Of a stretch of 64,000 bases of DNA, positions 1-8,608 are shown in pieces; positions within the stretch are counted from its first letter, which is position 1; each line of letters opens with the position of its first letter. The notes under the pieces are model-generated. The model worked only from the letters and a program-made list of their open reading frames with translations. It was not told the origin of the DNA and ran no database searches. The stretch comes from Eledone cirrhosa (lineage: Eukaryota): the NCBI GenBank assembly GCA_964016885.1, contig OZ024740.1, positions 441,130,001 through 441,194,000 on the forward strand, in the 5' to 3' direction. A program made the translations under genes and the position numbers.

Positions 1-2493
1 ACGTCCCTTCCACAAAAAGCGAAAGAGCAAACGCTCCAGCGCAGTCAGGCGAGGCTTAGGACAAGGTACGACGGTTAGGCGGTAGCAGATGACAGACGCG
101 ATGTACGCGTTAGCCACCTCCGCTCGACCTTTCAGGGATAGCTTCCTCTCCGCCCATTTCTGGGTGAGAGAAGCCACCCTGCTCGTCACCTCGTCCCAGT
201 TTTTGTCCGTCTGGAGGTCCGGACCGAACCAGACCCCTAGCAATTTAACCGGTCCGTCCGTCCAGCGCCCGACGACGCTGTTGGACGGCATGGACCTGCC
301 TCTCCAGGTGCCGAGCTGCAGGCCCACTGACTTTTCCTGGTTGATCATTGCTCCTGTCACCGCTTCGTATTCTCTTAGTGTAGTGCCGATCGCCTCGATG
401 TGTTTGGCGTTCGACACCACTACGGTGACATCGTCCGCATATGCTGACACGGATCTTCCGCATCCTAGTTCGCGCGGGACTCCCCTCAACGTCTCCAGTT
501 TGTGCAGTAATGGCTCGAGAGTCAATACGTACAAGAGGGACGAGAGGGGACATCCTTGGCGGACCGAGCGCATGATGTTGAACGGTTCCGACAGGTGACC
601 GTTCACTCTCACCACAGAGCAGATGTCGCTGTGCATGGCAGCGATCCAGCCTCTGAAGACGGGCCCAAAGCCAGCCGCCCTCAGGACTGCCGCTAGGTAA
701 CGATGGTCGACCCTATCGAAAGCTTTCGACTGATCTAAATTGATCAAGGACCCACCCGTGCCAGGTTCCCTAGCTACCCTCTCTACGATGTATCGCATGA
801 GGTGGAGGTTGTCGTGGATGGATCTGTCGGGAATGGCGCATGTCTGCGCCTCTCCCACCAGACCACCAACGACAAGCGCCAACCTCTTTGCTAGCACCTT
901 GGCCAAAATCTTAAACTCTGTGTTTAGCAGAGTTATGGGCCGGAAATTGTCTATGTTATCCCCCTTGTTCGGATCCTTTCTCAGCAGTGCCACCGCTCCT
1001 CGGCTCACAGAACTGGGAATTCTCCCGTTCTGTTGCCAGTTGCAGTAGACGTCCGCCAAGAGGCCTCCGAACAAGTCTGGCATCTGTACGTAAAGTTCAT
1101 AGGGCAGACCATCCAAACCAGGCGATTTGCCCCTTGTGCAGCCAGTCATCGCCTCCCTTACTTCAGCGGCTGTTATCGGCTTTTCGCAACACTTCGCCTC
1201 AGTGGCCGAGAGCCGCGGCAGTCCGTCGAGGTAGACACTAAAGTCCATCCCTCTACCCGGCCCCCCGCTGCCCCCGAACAGCTGAGCGAAGTGTTGCTGA
1301 AAAGCTTCACACATTTGCTCGGGATCGAGTAGCATGCGCCCGTCGTGGTCCACCAAAGACCGGATCGTGGCTTTGTTGCCGCGACGCGCCTCCGCCACTC
1401 GGGCCCATTGAACGGCTTTCGTCCCCTCGTGTCTGAGAGCACGCACCCTAGCTCTGACAACGCAGCCTTCGTGCTTTGCATTGAAGAATTGGTCAAGGGC
1501 CAATTTCGCCGCAAGCACGTCGGTCGCAATGCCTTTGCTAAGCGCCTCGTCTAATTTTCTAACTAGTTCTCCCTCTGCTCTATTTTTCTCTATTGCTAAA
1601 GCCTTACTAAACCTAATCGATTCTATTCTAATCGCTCTTTTCAGAGCAAACCACCACTTGTTGTTGACGATGGCCCCCGTCAACGCCCGCTTAACTAGTT
1701 CGCTAATCCGGTCTCTGTAGGCCTTGCGCGCTGGTAAGGACGCGTTTAGCTTCCAGTAGCCGGGTCCTCGTCTATGAAGCCTATCTAAGTCAAGCACACA
1801 GATCACGAATTTGTGGTCCGTGTAGCTGACTATCTTGAATTGTGGACAGCCTATGCTAGACCTATCTATTTCCCTACAAAATACTCTATCTAGATATGAT
1901 CTGGATGACCCTATGCGGTTTGTCCAAGTCCACATTGGCACATTCGGGAAATCCAATCGGTACCTGTCAGACAGTTCAAAACGCCTGAGCAGGTTGGTGA
2001 GGCTCTTGCACCCTCCACCCCTATCCGCTAATCCCACACAGTCCCAGCGTGCATCTAAGATCCCGTTCCAGTCGCCCACTAACACTAAAGAGCGCGACGT
2101 TCCAAGAAAGGTCTCCAGACGCCGGAAGAAATCAGGCCGCCCTGCTCCTGTCGGGGCATAGACGGCCACTAGCCTGAAAGCTTGCCCGTCTCCGCTGGTC
2201 ACGTCCAGCACCACCAGCTTACCCTCTGGGTCCAGGAAGATGGCCCGTATGGCGAGATCCAAACCTCTCCGAAAAAGCACAGCAACTCCTCCACCCGATC
2301 CAGGACGGCTGGGAGATGCGTACACATCGTAGCCGCCGAAGATCGGTGCGAAGGCCCGTGCTTCGGAGATTCTGGTCTCGCTGATGGCCACTACATCTAT
2401 GTTTAGTGACCTGAGGTCGTTGAGCAGGTGACCCTGCTTCCATGACGACCCCAAGCCACGCGCATTTATGCTGCCTATTCTGAGTGAGGTCAT
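1..2493 (-). CDS. LINE ORF2 (APE endonuclease + reverse transcriptase), partial, open at window edge
   Basis: ATG at 2493 corresponds to 8573. Only about 6 substitutions seen versus copy 2, with no indel or stop noticed. Presumably missing from the ORF track because its stop lies outside the window. Confidence 0.88.
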   Translation of the reverse strand, partial: MTSLRIGSINARGLGSSWKQGHLLNDLRSLNIDVVAISETRISEARAFAPIFGGYDVYASPSRPGSGGGVAVLFRRGLDLAIRAIFLDPEGKLVVLDVTSGDGQAFRLVAVYAPTGAGRPDFFRRLETFLGTSRSLVLVGDWNGILDARWDCVGLADRGGGCKSLTNLLRRFELSDRYRLDFPNVPMWTWTNRIGSSRSYLDRVFCREIDRSSIGCPQFKIVSYTDHKFVICVLDLDRLHRRGPGYWKLNASLPARKAYRDRISELVKRALTGAIVNNKWWFALKRAIRIESIRFSKALAIEKNRAEGELVRKLDEALSKGIATDVLAAKLALDQFFNAKHEGCVVRARVRALRHEGTKAVQWARVAEARRGNKATIRSLVDHDGRMLLDPEQMCEAFQQHFAQLFGGSGGPGRGMDFSVYLDGLPRLSATEAKCCEKPITAAEVREAMTGCTRGKSPGLDGLPYELYVQMPDLFGGLLADVYCNWQQNGRIPSSVSRGAVALLRKDPNKGDNIDNFRPITLLNTEFKILAKVLAKRLALVVGGLVGEAQTCAIPDRSIHDNLHLMRYIVERVAREPGTGGSLINLDQSKAFDRVDHRYLAAVLRAAGFGPVFRGWIAAMHSDICSVVRVNGHLSEPFNIMRSVRQGCPLSSLLYVLTLEPLLHKLETLRGVPRELGCGRSVSAYADDVTVVVSNAKHIEAIGTTLREYEAVTGAMINQEKSVGLQLGTWRGRSMPSNSVVGRWTDGPVKLLGVWFGPDLQTDKNWDEVTSRVASLTQKWAERKLSLKGRAEVANAYIASVICYRLTVVPCPKPRLTALERLLFRFLWKGR

Positions 2494-2528
2494 GTTTAAA
2501 ATAGAGTGGAAAAGATGGGAAAGACCAC

Positions 2529-4625
2529 TTACCGTATTTTTGGTAGAGGAGGGATGGTTTTTACATCCCTTTTCACTTGATCGTCTGGTGAAGGGACCGT
2601 TGAATCGTCCCTTCGGCTGGTCGTCGGCTCTTCTAAGAGAATGTCTGAATATACTCTTCGATTAATGGTTCCTCCTAGGTCCCTGAAATCACCAACTGCG
2701 TTGGGGAATTTCGTTTTAATGTTTGTGTATTGTTTCTGTGCTATTTTTAGCAGTCTTATGTTAGTTGGCGTTTTGATTGGTGCTGGTATTATGTAGTCCT
2801 GTTGTGAAATGTCTGTGTGTTCAATTATGTAAGTCATTAGTTTCTTGTTGTGTGTGTTTATTGCCGTGCATTTGTTTTTCTGGGGGTGGGGTGTGGTTCT
2901 GCTATTTTCTTGTCGTTGTTGCTGGGTGTGTGTGTTTTGTTGTTGTGTTTGCGATGTTGGTGCTTGTGGTGGTGGTGTTGAAGGTGTTGTTGGCGGTGGG
3001 GTTGTCGCCGGTGGTGATGGTGGTGCTGGTGTGGGTGGTGATGGTGTTGGTGGTGTTGCTGCTGTGGGTCTCTTTGCAGTAGACTTTACCCTTTTCTCAT
3101 TTCTTTCCTCCCTTTTCAAAGGCGACGATGCGCTGCTTCTGCGTTTGTGCCTTCTTGAGACCTTTTGCCATCCCTCTCCCACCTCACACTCCATGTCTGA
3201 TTCTGTAAGGTCGGGGAGGGGTACCAGCTCCACTCTTTCACTTGTTGTTGTTGGTGATGTTTGCACTGGAGTCTCTGTTGCAGCTGCATTTGGTATTGCT
3301 GTTGTTGTTGTTAATATTTCCACTGCTGCTGCTGTCTTTGATTTCCGTGGAGTGGGTATGGGTGCCACGGACCTATCGTTCCTGGTTGCCGCTTGTCCTG
3401 TTGCTGGTAGCCGTGGAACCGGATTCGGGAGGAGGGGGGTTTTCTCCTTTCTCAGGGTCTTCTCGTTGCAGAAGGCCCTGAGGTGAGTCTTCGATCCACA
3501 GCGAAAGCATTTCGGGCGTTTGCCCTCAACACTTATGGGCAGTTGAGTGCCGTTATCGAAGTCTATCACATCCGGGATAGCTTCGATGCACTCCTGGTTG
3601 GTTTGGATTAGCATCTCAATGGAGGAGCCGACCCAATCTTCTCTTACTTTTTTCTGTACTTGCAGTACAGTTGTTTTGTCCTCGATTCCGACGAGGACAG
3701 ACGCGGCCAGCCAAGAAGGGGTCATTCCGGGGGGGACGTGGGTCAGTTTGACCCTCACAATTTTTTGCCCGCAGTAGGAGGGCACCAACACCATTTCCTC
3801 GCTCCTTAGGGTCACTACTGATTGGGCCTTTGCCTCCTGGGGTGTGGCAAAAAGTACGTCTACGGTGGCGTATTTTTTGCCTCGGGTGATGTGCGTTTTC
3901 CTCTGCCACACAGACCCCAAGGCTTTTTGTATTTGGGCCTCTGTGGCTCTTTCCACCCTACGGGATTTTGTACTTACTGTACGGTACGTGACCGTACAGT
4001 GCTCTTGGGTTTCGAAAAAATTTTTCGCTGCCTTGCAGATTGCTCGGTGTCCGTTCTTTGTCACCATCTTCTTCGCTTCCTCTAATTCCTCATTTGTTAT
4101 GAGGATTGTTTCCAGGTTTTTCGCAATACCTGCAAATGAGATTGGTTTTTCTCTGCTGTTGTTGTTGTCGTCAGAGCTGCTGGTACTTTTGTTGTTGCTG
4201 CAGGTACTACGACTACTGCCTCCGCCGCTGTTGCTGTGGTTGTTGTTGGTGTTGCTGCTGCTAATGCTGTTGTTGTTTATGCTGCTGGTGATGCTGTTGC
4301 GGCTGCTACTGTTGTTTTCATTGTCACTGTTGCTGTTGTTATTACGGCTGCTACTGCTATTATTCCTGACGTCAGACGAATGAACTGGGTTTTCGTATTT
4401 CCCGCACACCTGTTTCGTCGCTGTCGTCGTCGTCGTGGAGAAACCTTGCACGCTTTGCACGAGACTTTTCTTTTCTTTCGTCGCTTGCGAAAGAGAAGGT
4501 AGGGAGAGAGACACATTTAAAGAAGGGAGGGAGAGAGACAATCTTCTCTCTCCTGTAGTGATGATTGAGGAAGAAGAAGACGGAATGAGTGGGAGTGACG
4601 TATGAAATTTCTTTTTGGTAGCCAT
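2529..4625 (-). CDS. LINE ORF1 gag-like protein with CCHC zinc knuckle (698 aa from MATKKKF)
   Basis: CFRCGSKTHLRAFC matches CX2CX4HX4C. The ORF ends 35 bp upstream of ORF2. The track start at 4658 is a TTG; the first ATG is at 4625. Confidence 0.88.
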   Translation of the reverse strand: MATKKKFHTSLPLIPSSSSSIITTGERRLSLSLPSLNVSLSLPSLSQATKEKKSLVQSVQGFSTTTTTATKQVCGKYENPVHSSDVRNNSSSSRNNNSNSDNENNSSSRNSITSSINNNSISSSNTNNNHSNSGGGSSRSTCSNNKSTSSSDDNNNSREKPISFAGIAKNLETILITNEELEEAKKMVTKNGHRAICKAAKNFFETQEHCTVTYRTVSTKSRRVERATEAQIQKALGSVWQRKTHITRGKKYATVDVLFATPQEAKAQSVVTLRSEEMVLVPSYCGQKIVRVKLTHVPPGMTPSWLAASVLVGIEDKTTVLQVQKKVREDWVGSSIEMLIQTNQECIEAIPDVIDFDNGTQLPISVEGKRPKCFRCGSKTHLRAFCNEKTLRKEKTPLLPNPVPRLPATGQAATRNDRSVAPIPTPRKSKTAAAVEILTTTTAIPNAAATETPVQTSPTTTSERVELVPLPDLTESDMECEVGEGWQKVSRRHKRRSSASSPLKREERNEKRVKSTAKRPTAATPPTPSPPTPAPPSPPATTPPPTTPSTPPPQAPTSQTQQQNTHTQQQRQENSRTTPHPQKNKCTAINTHNKKLMTYIIEHTDISQQDYIIPAPIKTPTNIRLLKIAQKQYTNIKTKFPNAVGDFRDLGGTINRRVYSDILLEEPTTSRRDDSTVPSPDDQVKRDVKTIPPLPKIR

Positions 4626-4672
4626 GTTTTTTTGTTTAAAATGAAATTTTGGGTACAAAACCCCAATAACTG

Positions 4673-4739
4673 GTTATTTAACCCCGAAGGGCCAAATAAC
4701 GGACAGAAAGACCCCTCTCACGAGGAGGAGGGTGTCTTT
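4673..4739 (-). promoter_or_regulatory. Structured 5' UTR of the LINE: UUCG-capped and GNRA-capped hairpins
   Basis: Minus strand reads AAAGAC..CCTC-GTGA-GAGG-GGTCTTT, then GTTATTTGGCCC-TTCG-GGGTTAAATAAC (12-bp stem with two G-U pairs). Repeated at 10753-10819 and 12920-12986. Confidence 0.55.
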
Positions 4740-4838
4740 ATCAACAATTTGGTTCAAGTTTTAAACAATTTACAATTGTTTTAACGGTTAAAAATTACTA
4801 TACCTTACAGAGCCGAGCCTCCGTCAACCATGGCATTC

Positions 4839-4892
4839 AATAATAATAATAATAATAGCAATAATAATAATAACGACACCAACAATAATGAT
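4839..4892. repeat. 54-bp degenerate (AAT)n linker / candidate target-site duplication
   Basis: aataataataataataatagcaataataataataacgacaccaacaataatgat; identical at 13086-13139 and clipped at 10919-10969. Confidence 0.85.
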
Positions 4893-5153
4893 TTCTTTAT
4901 TAACCACAAGGGTTTACATAAAGTAGACATTAAGGACAGTGCAGGACAATGCAGGACGGTACAAATGGGCATTTCTGCGTGTAAAAAAAACAAAAATAGA
5001 GGATGTAACAAAAATAACAATGAAAATAACAATGAAAAATTCCCCAATAGGGGGGGAGACTTCGGAGGAACATTTGTGGAGAAAGCCCAGTAAAAAGCCA
5101 CAATGACCCTGACCACCAAGGCAGGTGCCCTCTCCCAGTTTTCCACCTTTAGT

Positions 5154-8100
5154 TTACAGATATATACTCAGAGTCGGCCCATTCACTCGGGCCATTCTTG
5201 CTTCTCTCACCCATCTTTCAACAAAATGCTGGGAAGAGAGCACTTCCTTCTCTACTCTGATTTTCCTTTTCAAATGAAATTTGAAAAAGTCAATCAGAGC
5301 ATCACCGAAGAGGTAAGTGCTCGTCTTCAGCCCTTTCAAACGTGTCCACCATACTATCTCTTTCGCCATGGCCACCAGACAGATAAAAACTGCCTGCCCT
5401 TCCCGGCTAAAGGAGGAGGGCGGGGCAATCCTCACGATAGACTCAGATGATAGCTGGATCCGTCCTAAACGCGACAGCAGGTGTTCGACATAAACCCACA
5501 AGTCAGCAATTTTCGGACACTGGACGAGTGCGTGCAGGACGGTTTCGTCGCCCTGCGCGCATCTCGGACATGCCCGGCTGACGGCACCTCCATGCCTGTA
5601 GAGTTTATCCCGAACTGGCAAGGCTCCTCGGTAGCACTGCCAGGCCAGAGATTTCTGGAAGTTGTCCATAGGCCCTGGCCCGAAGGTTCTTCCGAAGAGA
5701 TTGGCTAGTTGATTTTCGTCGACGCCTAGAGTTTCCCCAAGTACGTCGTCGCTCTTCCCCTCCACTAATCCTCTATAGAACGCCGAGGTGGAGTTTCCAC
5801 CGATCACATTGCCCGATTGGTCGAGGGCTGTGAGCGCCTGAAGACATTCCAGTCTCCAGGCGCTCCCTCTTGGTCTTCGCTTGACCCAGGACTGCAGCTC
5901 CGTCAAGGAAACGAGCTGGGGAAAAACGCGTCTAGCAAACGGCGACCACACCTGATCACCGTCGAGGAAGAGGTGGAGATGTCGTAGCCTGAGCGCGTGC
6001 CTGCGCATCATCAGCCACGGCATGCCCAGCCCTCCACGTAGCGGGTGTTGACAACAGATGGACCGCCTGACCATCGGAGCACGTCCCTTCCACAAAAAGC
6101 GAAAGAGCAAACGCTCCAGCGCAGTCAGGCGAGGCTTAGGACAAGGTACGACGGTTAGGCGGTAGCAGATGACAGACGCGATGTACGCGTTAGCCACCTC
6201 CGCTCGACCTTTCAGGGATAGCTTCCTCTCCGCCCATTTCTGGGTGAGAGAAGCCACCCTGCTCGTCACCTCGTCCCAGTTTTTGTCCGTCTGGAGGTCC
6301 GGACCGAACCAGACCCCTAGCAATTTAACCGGTCCGTCCGTCCAGCGCCCTACGACGCTGTTGGACGGCATGGACCTGCCTCTCCAGGTGCCGAGCTGCA
6401 GGCCCACTGACTTTTCCTGGTTGATCATTGCTCCTGTCACCGCTTCGTATTCTCTTAGTGTAGTGCCGATCGCCTCGATGTGTTTGGCGTTCGACACCAC
6501 TACGGTGACATCGTCCGCATATGCTGACACGGATCTTCCGCATCCTAGTTCGCGCGGGACTCCCCTCAACGTCTCCAGTTTGTGCAGTAATGGCTCGAGA
6601 GTCAATACGTACAAGAGGGACGAGAGGGGACATCCTTGGCGGACCGAGCGCATGATGTTGAACGGTTCCGACAGGTGACCGTTCACTCTCACCACAGAGC
6701 AGATGTCGCTGTGCATGGCAGCGATCCAGCCTCTGAAGACGGGCCCAAAGCCAGCCGCCCTCAGGACTGCCGCTAGGTAACGATGGTCGACCCTATCGAA
6801 AGCTTTCGACTGATCTAAATTGATCAAGGACCCACCCGTGCCAGGTTCCCTAGCTACCCTCTCTACGATGTATCGCATGAGGTGGAGGTTGTCGTGGATG
6901 GATCTGTCGGGAATGGCGCATGTCTGCGCCTCTCCCACCAGACCACCAACGACAAGCGCCAACCTCTTTGCTAGCACCTTGGCCAAAATCTTAAACTCTG
7001 TGTTTAGCAGAGTTATGGGCCGGAAATTGTCTATGTTATCCCCCTTGTTCGGATCCTTTCTCAGCAGTGCCACCGCTCCTCGGCTCACAGAACTGGGAAT
7101 TCTCCCGTTCTGTTGCCAGTTGCAGTAGACGTCCGCCAAGAGGCCTCCGAACAAGTCTGGCATCTGTACGTAAAGTTCATAGGGCAGACCATCCAAACCA
7201 GGCGATTTACCCCTTGTGCAGCCAGTCATTGCCTCCCTTACTTCAGCGGCTGTTATCGGCTTTTCGCAACACTTCGCCTCAGTGGCCGAGAGCCGCGGCA
7301 GTCCGTCGAGGTAGACACTAAAGTCCATCCCTCTACCCGGCCCCCCGCTGCCCCCGAACAGCTGAGCGAAGTGTCGCTGAAAAGCTTCACACATTTGCCC
7401 GGGATCGAGTAGCATGCGCCCGTCGTGGTCCACCAAAGACCGGATCGTGGCTTTGTTGCCACGACGCGCCTCCGCCACTCGGGCCCATTGAACGGCTTTC
7501 GTCCCCTCGTGTCTGAGAGCACGCACCCTAGCTCTGACAACGCAGCCTTCGTGCTTTGCATTGAAGAATTGGTCAAGGGCCAATTTCGCCGCAAGCACGT
7601 CGGTCGCAATGCCTTTGCTAAGCGCCTCGTCTAATTTTCTAACTAGTTCTCCCTCTGCTCTATTTTTCTCTATTGCTAAAGCCTTACTAAACCTAATCGA
7701 TTCTATTCTAATCGCTCTTTTCAGAGCAAACCACCACTTGTTGTTGACGATGGCCCCCGTCAACGCCCGCTTAACTAGTTCGCTAATCCGGTCTCTGTAG
7801 GCCTTGCGCGCTGGTAAGGACGCGTTTAGCTTCCAGTAGCCGGGTCCTCGTCTATGAAGCCTATCTAAGTCAAGCACACAGATCACGAATTTGTGGTCCG
7901 TGTAGCTGACTATCTTGAATTGTGGACAGCCTATGCTAGACCTATCTATTTCCCTACAAAATACTCTATCTAGATATGATCTGGATGACCCTATGCGGTT
8001 TGTCCAAGTCCACATTGGCACATTCGGGAAATCCAATCGGTACCTGTCAGACAGTTCAAAACGCCTGAGCAGGTTGGTGAGGCTCTTGCACCCTCCACCC

Positions 8101-8573
8101 CTATCCGCTAATCCCACACAGTCCCAGCGTGCATCTAAGATCCCGTTCCAGTCGCCCACTAACACTAAAGAGCGCGACGTTCCAAGAAAGGTCTCCAGAC
8201 GCCGGAAGAAATCAGGCCGCCCTGCTCCTGTCGGGGCATAGACGGCCACTAGCCTGAAAGCTTGCCCGTCTCCGCTGGTCACGTCCAGCACCACCAGCTT
8301 ACCCTCTGGGTCCAGGAAGATGGCCCGTATGGCGAGATCCAAACCTCTCCGAAAAAGCACAGCAACTCCTCCACCCGATCCAGGACGGCTGGGAGATGCG
8401 TACACATCGTAGCCGCCGAAGATCGGTGCGAAGGCCCGTGCTTCGGAGATTCTGGTCTCGCTGATGGCCACTACATCTATGTTTAGTGACCTGAGGTCGT
8501 TGAGCAGGTGACCCTGCTTCCATGACGACCCCAAGCCACGCGCATTTATGCTGCCTATTCTGAGTGAGGTCAT
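5154..8573 (-). CDS. LINE ORF2, 1139 aa: APE endonuclease, reverse transcriptase, C-terminal Cys/His zinc motif
   Basis: Endonuclease motifs SINARG, ISET, VYAP, GDWN, LDRVF, TDH and the GPGYWKLN linker; RT motifs KSPGLDG, FRPITLLN, KAFDRV, RQGCPLS, YADD; C-terminal CPRC..ETVLHALVQC. Typical of Tx1/L1 ORF2. Confidence 0.97.
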   Translation of the reverse strand: MTSLRIGSINARGLGSSWKQGHLLNDLRSLNIDVVAISETRISEARAFAPIFGGYDVYASPSRPGSGGGVAVLFRRGLDLAIRAIFLDPEGKLVVLDVTSGDGQAFRLVAVYAPTGAGRPDFFRRLETFLGTSRSLVLVGDWNGILDARWDCVGLADRGGGCKSLTNLLRRFELSDRYRLDFPNVPMWTWTNRIGSSRSYLDRVFCREIDRSSIGCPQFKIVSYTDHKFVICVLDLDRLHRRGPGYWKLNASLPARKAYRDRISELVKRALTGAIVNNKWWFALKRAIRIESIRFSKALAIEKNRAEGELVRKLDEALSKGIATDVLAAKLALDQFFNAKHEGCVVRARVRALRHEGTKAVQWARVAEARRGNKATIRSLVDHDGRMLLDPGQMCEAFQRHFAQLFGGSGGPGRGMDFSVYLDGLPRLSATEAKCCEKPITAAEVREAMTGCTRGKSPGLDGLPYELYVQMPDLFGGLLADVYCNWQQNGRIPSSVSRGAVALLRKDPNKGDNIDNFRPITLLNTEFKILAKVLAKRLALVVGGLVGEAQTCAIPDRSIHDNLHLMRYIVERVAREPGTGGSLINLDQSKAFDRVDHRYLAAVLRAAGFGPVFRGWIAAMHSDICSVVRVNGHLSEPFNIMRSVRQGCPLSSLLYVLTLEPLLHKLETLRGVPRELGCGRSVSAYADDVTVVVSNAKHIEAIGTTLREYEAVTGAMINQEKSVGLQLGTWRGRSMPSNSVVGRWTDGPVKLLGVWFGPDLQTDKNWDEVTSRVASLTQKWAERKLSLKGRAEVANAYIASVICYRLTVVPCPKPRLTALERLLFRFLWKGRAPMVRRSICCQHPLRGGLGMPWLMMRRHALRLRHLHLFLDGDQVWSPFARRVFPQLVSLTELQSWVKRRPRGSAWRLECLQALTALDQSGNVIGGNSTSAFYRGLVEGKSDDVLGETLGVDENQLANLFGRTFGPGPMDNFQKSLAWQCYRGALPVRDKLYRHGGAVSRACPRCAQGDETVLHALVQCPKIADLWVYVEHLLSRLGRIQLSSESIVRIAPPSSFSREGQAVFICLVAMAKEIVWWTRLKGLKTSTYLFGDALIDFFKFHLKRKIRVEKEVLSSQHFVERWVREARMARVNGPTLSIYL

Positions 8574-8608
8574 GTTTAAAATAGAGTGGAAAAGATGGGA
8601 AAGACCAC

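Larger units (their letters stand above)
1..4838 (-). mobile_element. Tx1/L1-clade non-LTR retrotransposon, copy 1 (3' part runs off the window start)
   Basis: Near-identical to 6081-10918 at an offset of exactly 6080 bp; contains the 5' UTR, ORF1 and the first ~830 codons of ORF2. Confidence 0.93.

Noticed and set aside
4805-5146. ORFs spanning the copy junction (poly-Asn / poly-Leu)
   Set aside because: Translations of the (AAT)n linker and 3' UTR.
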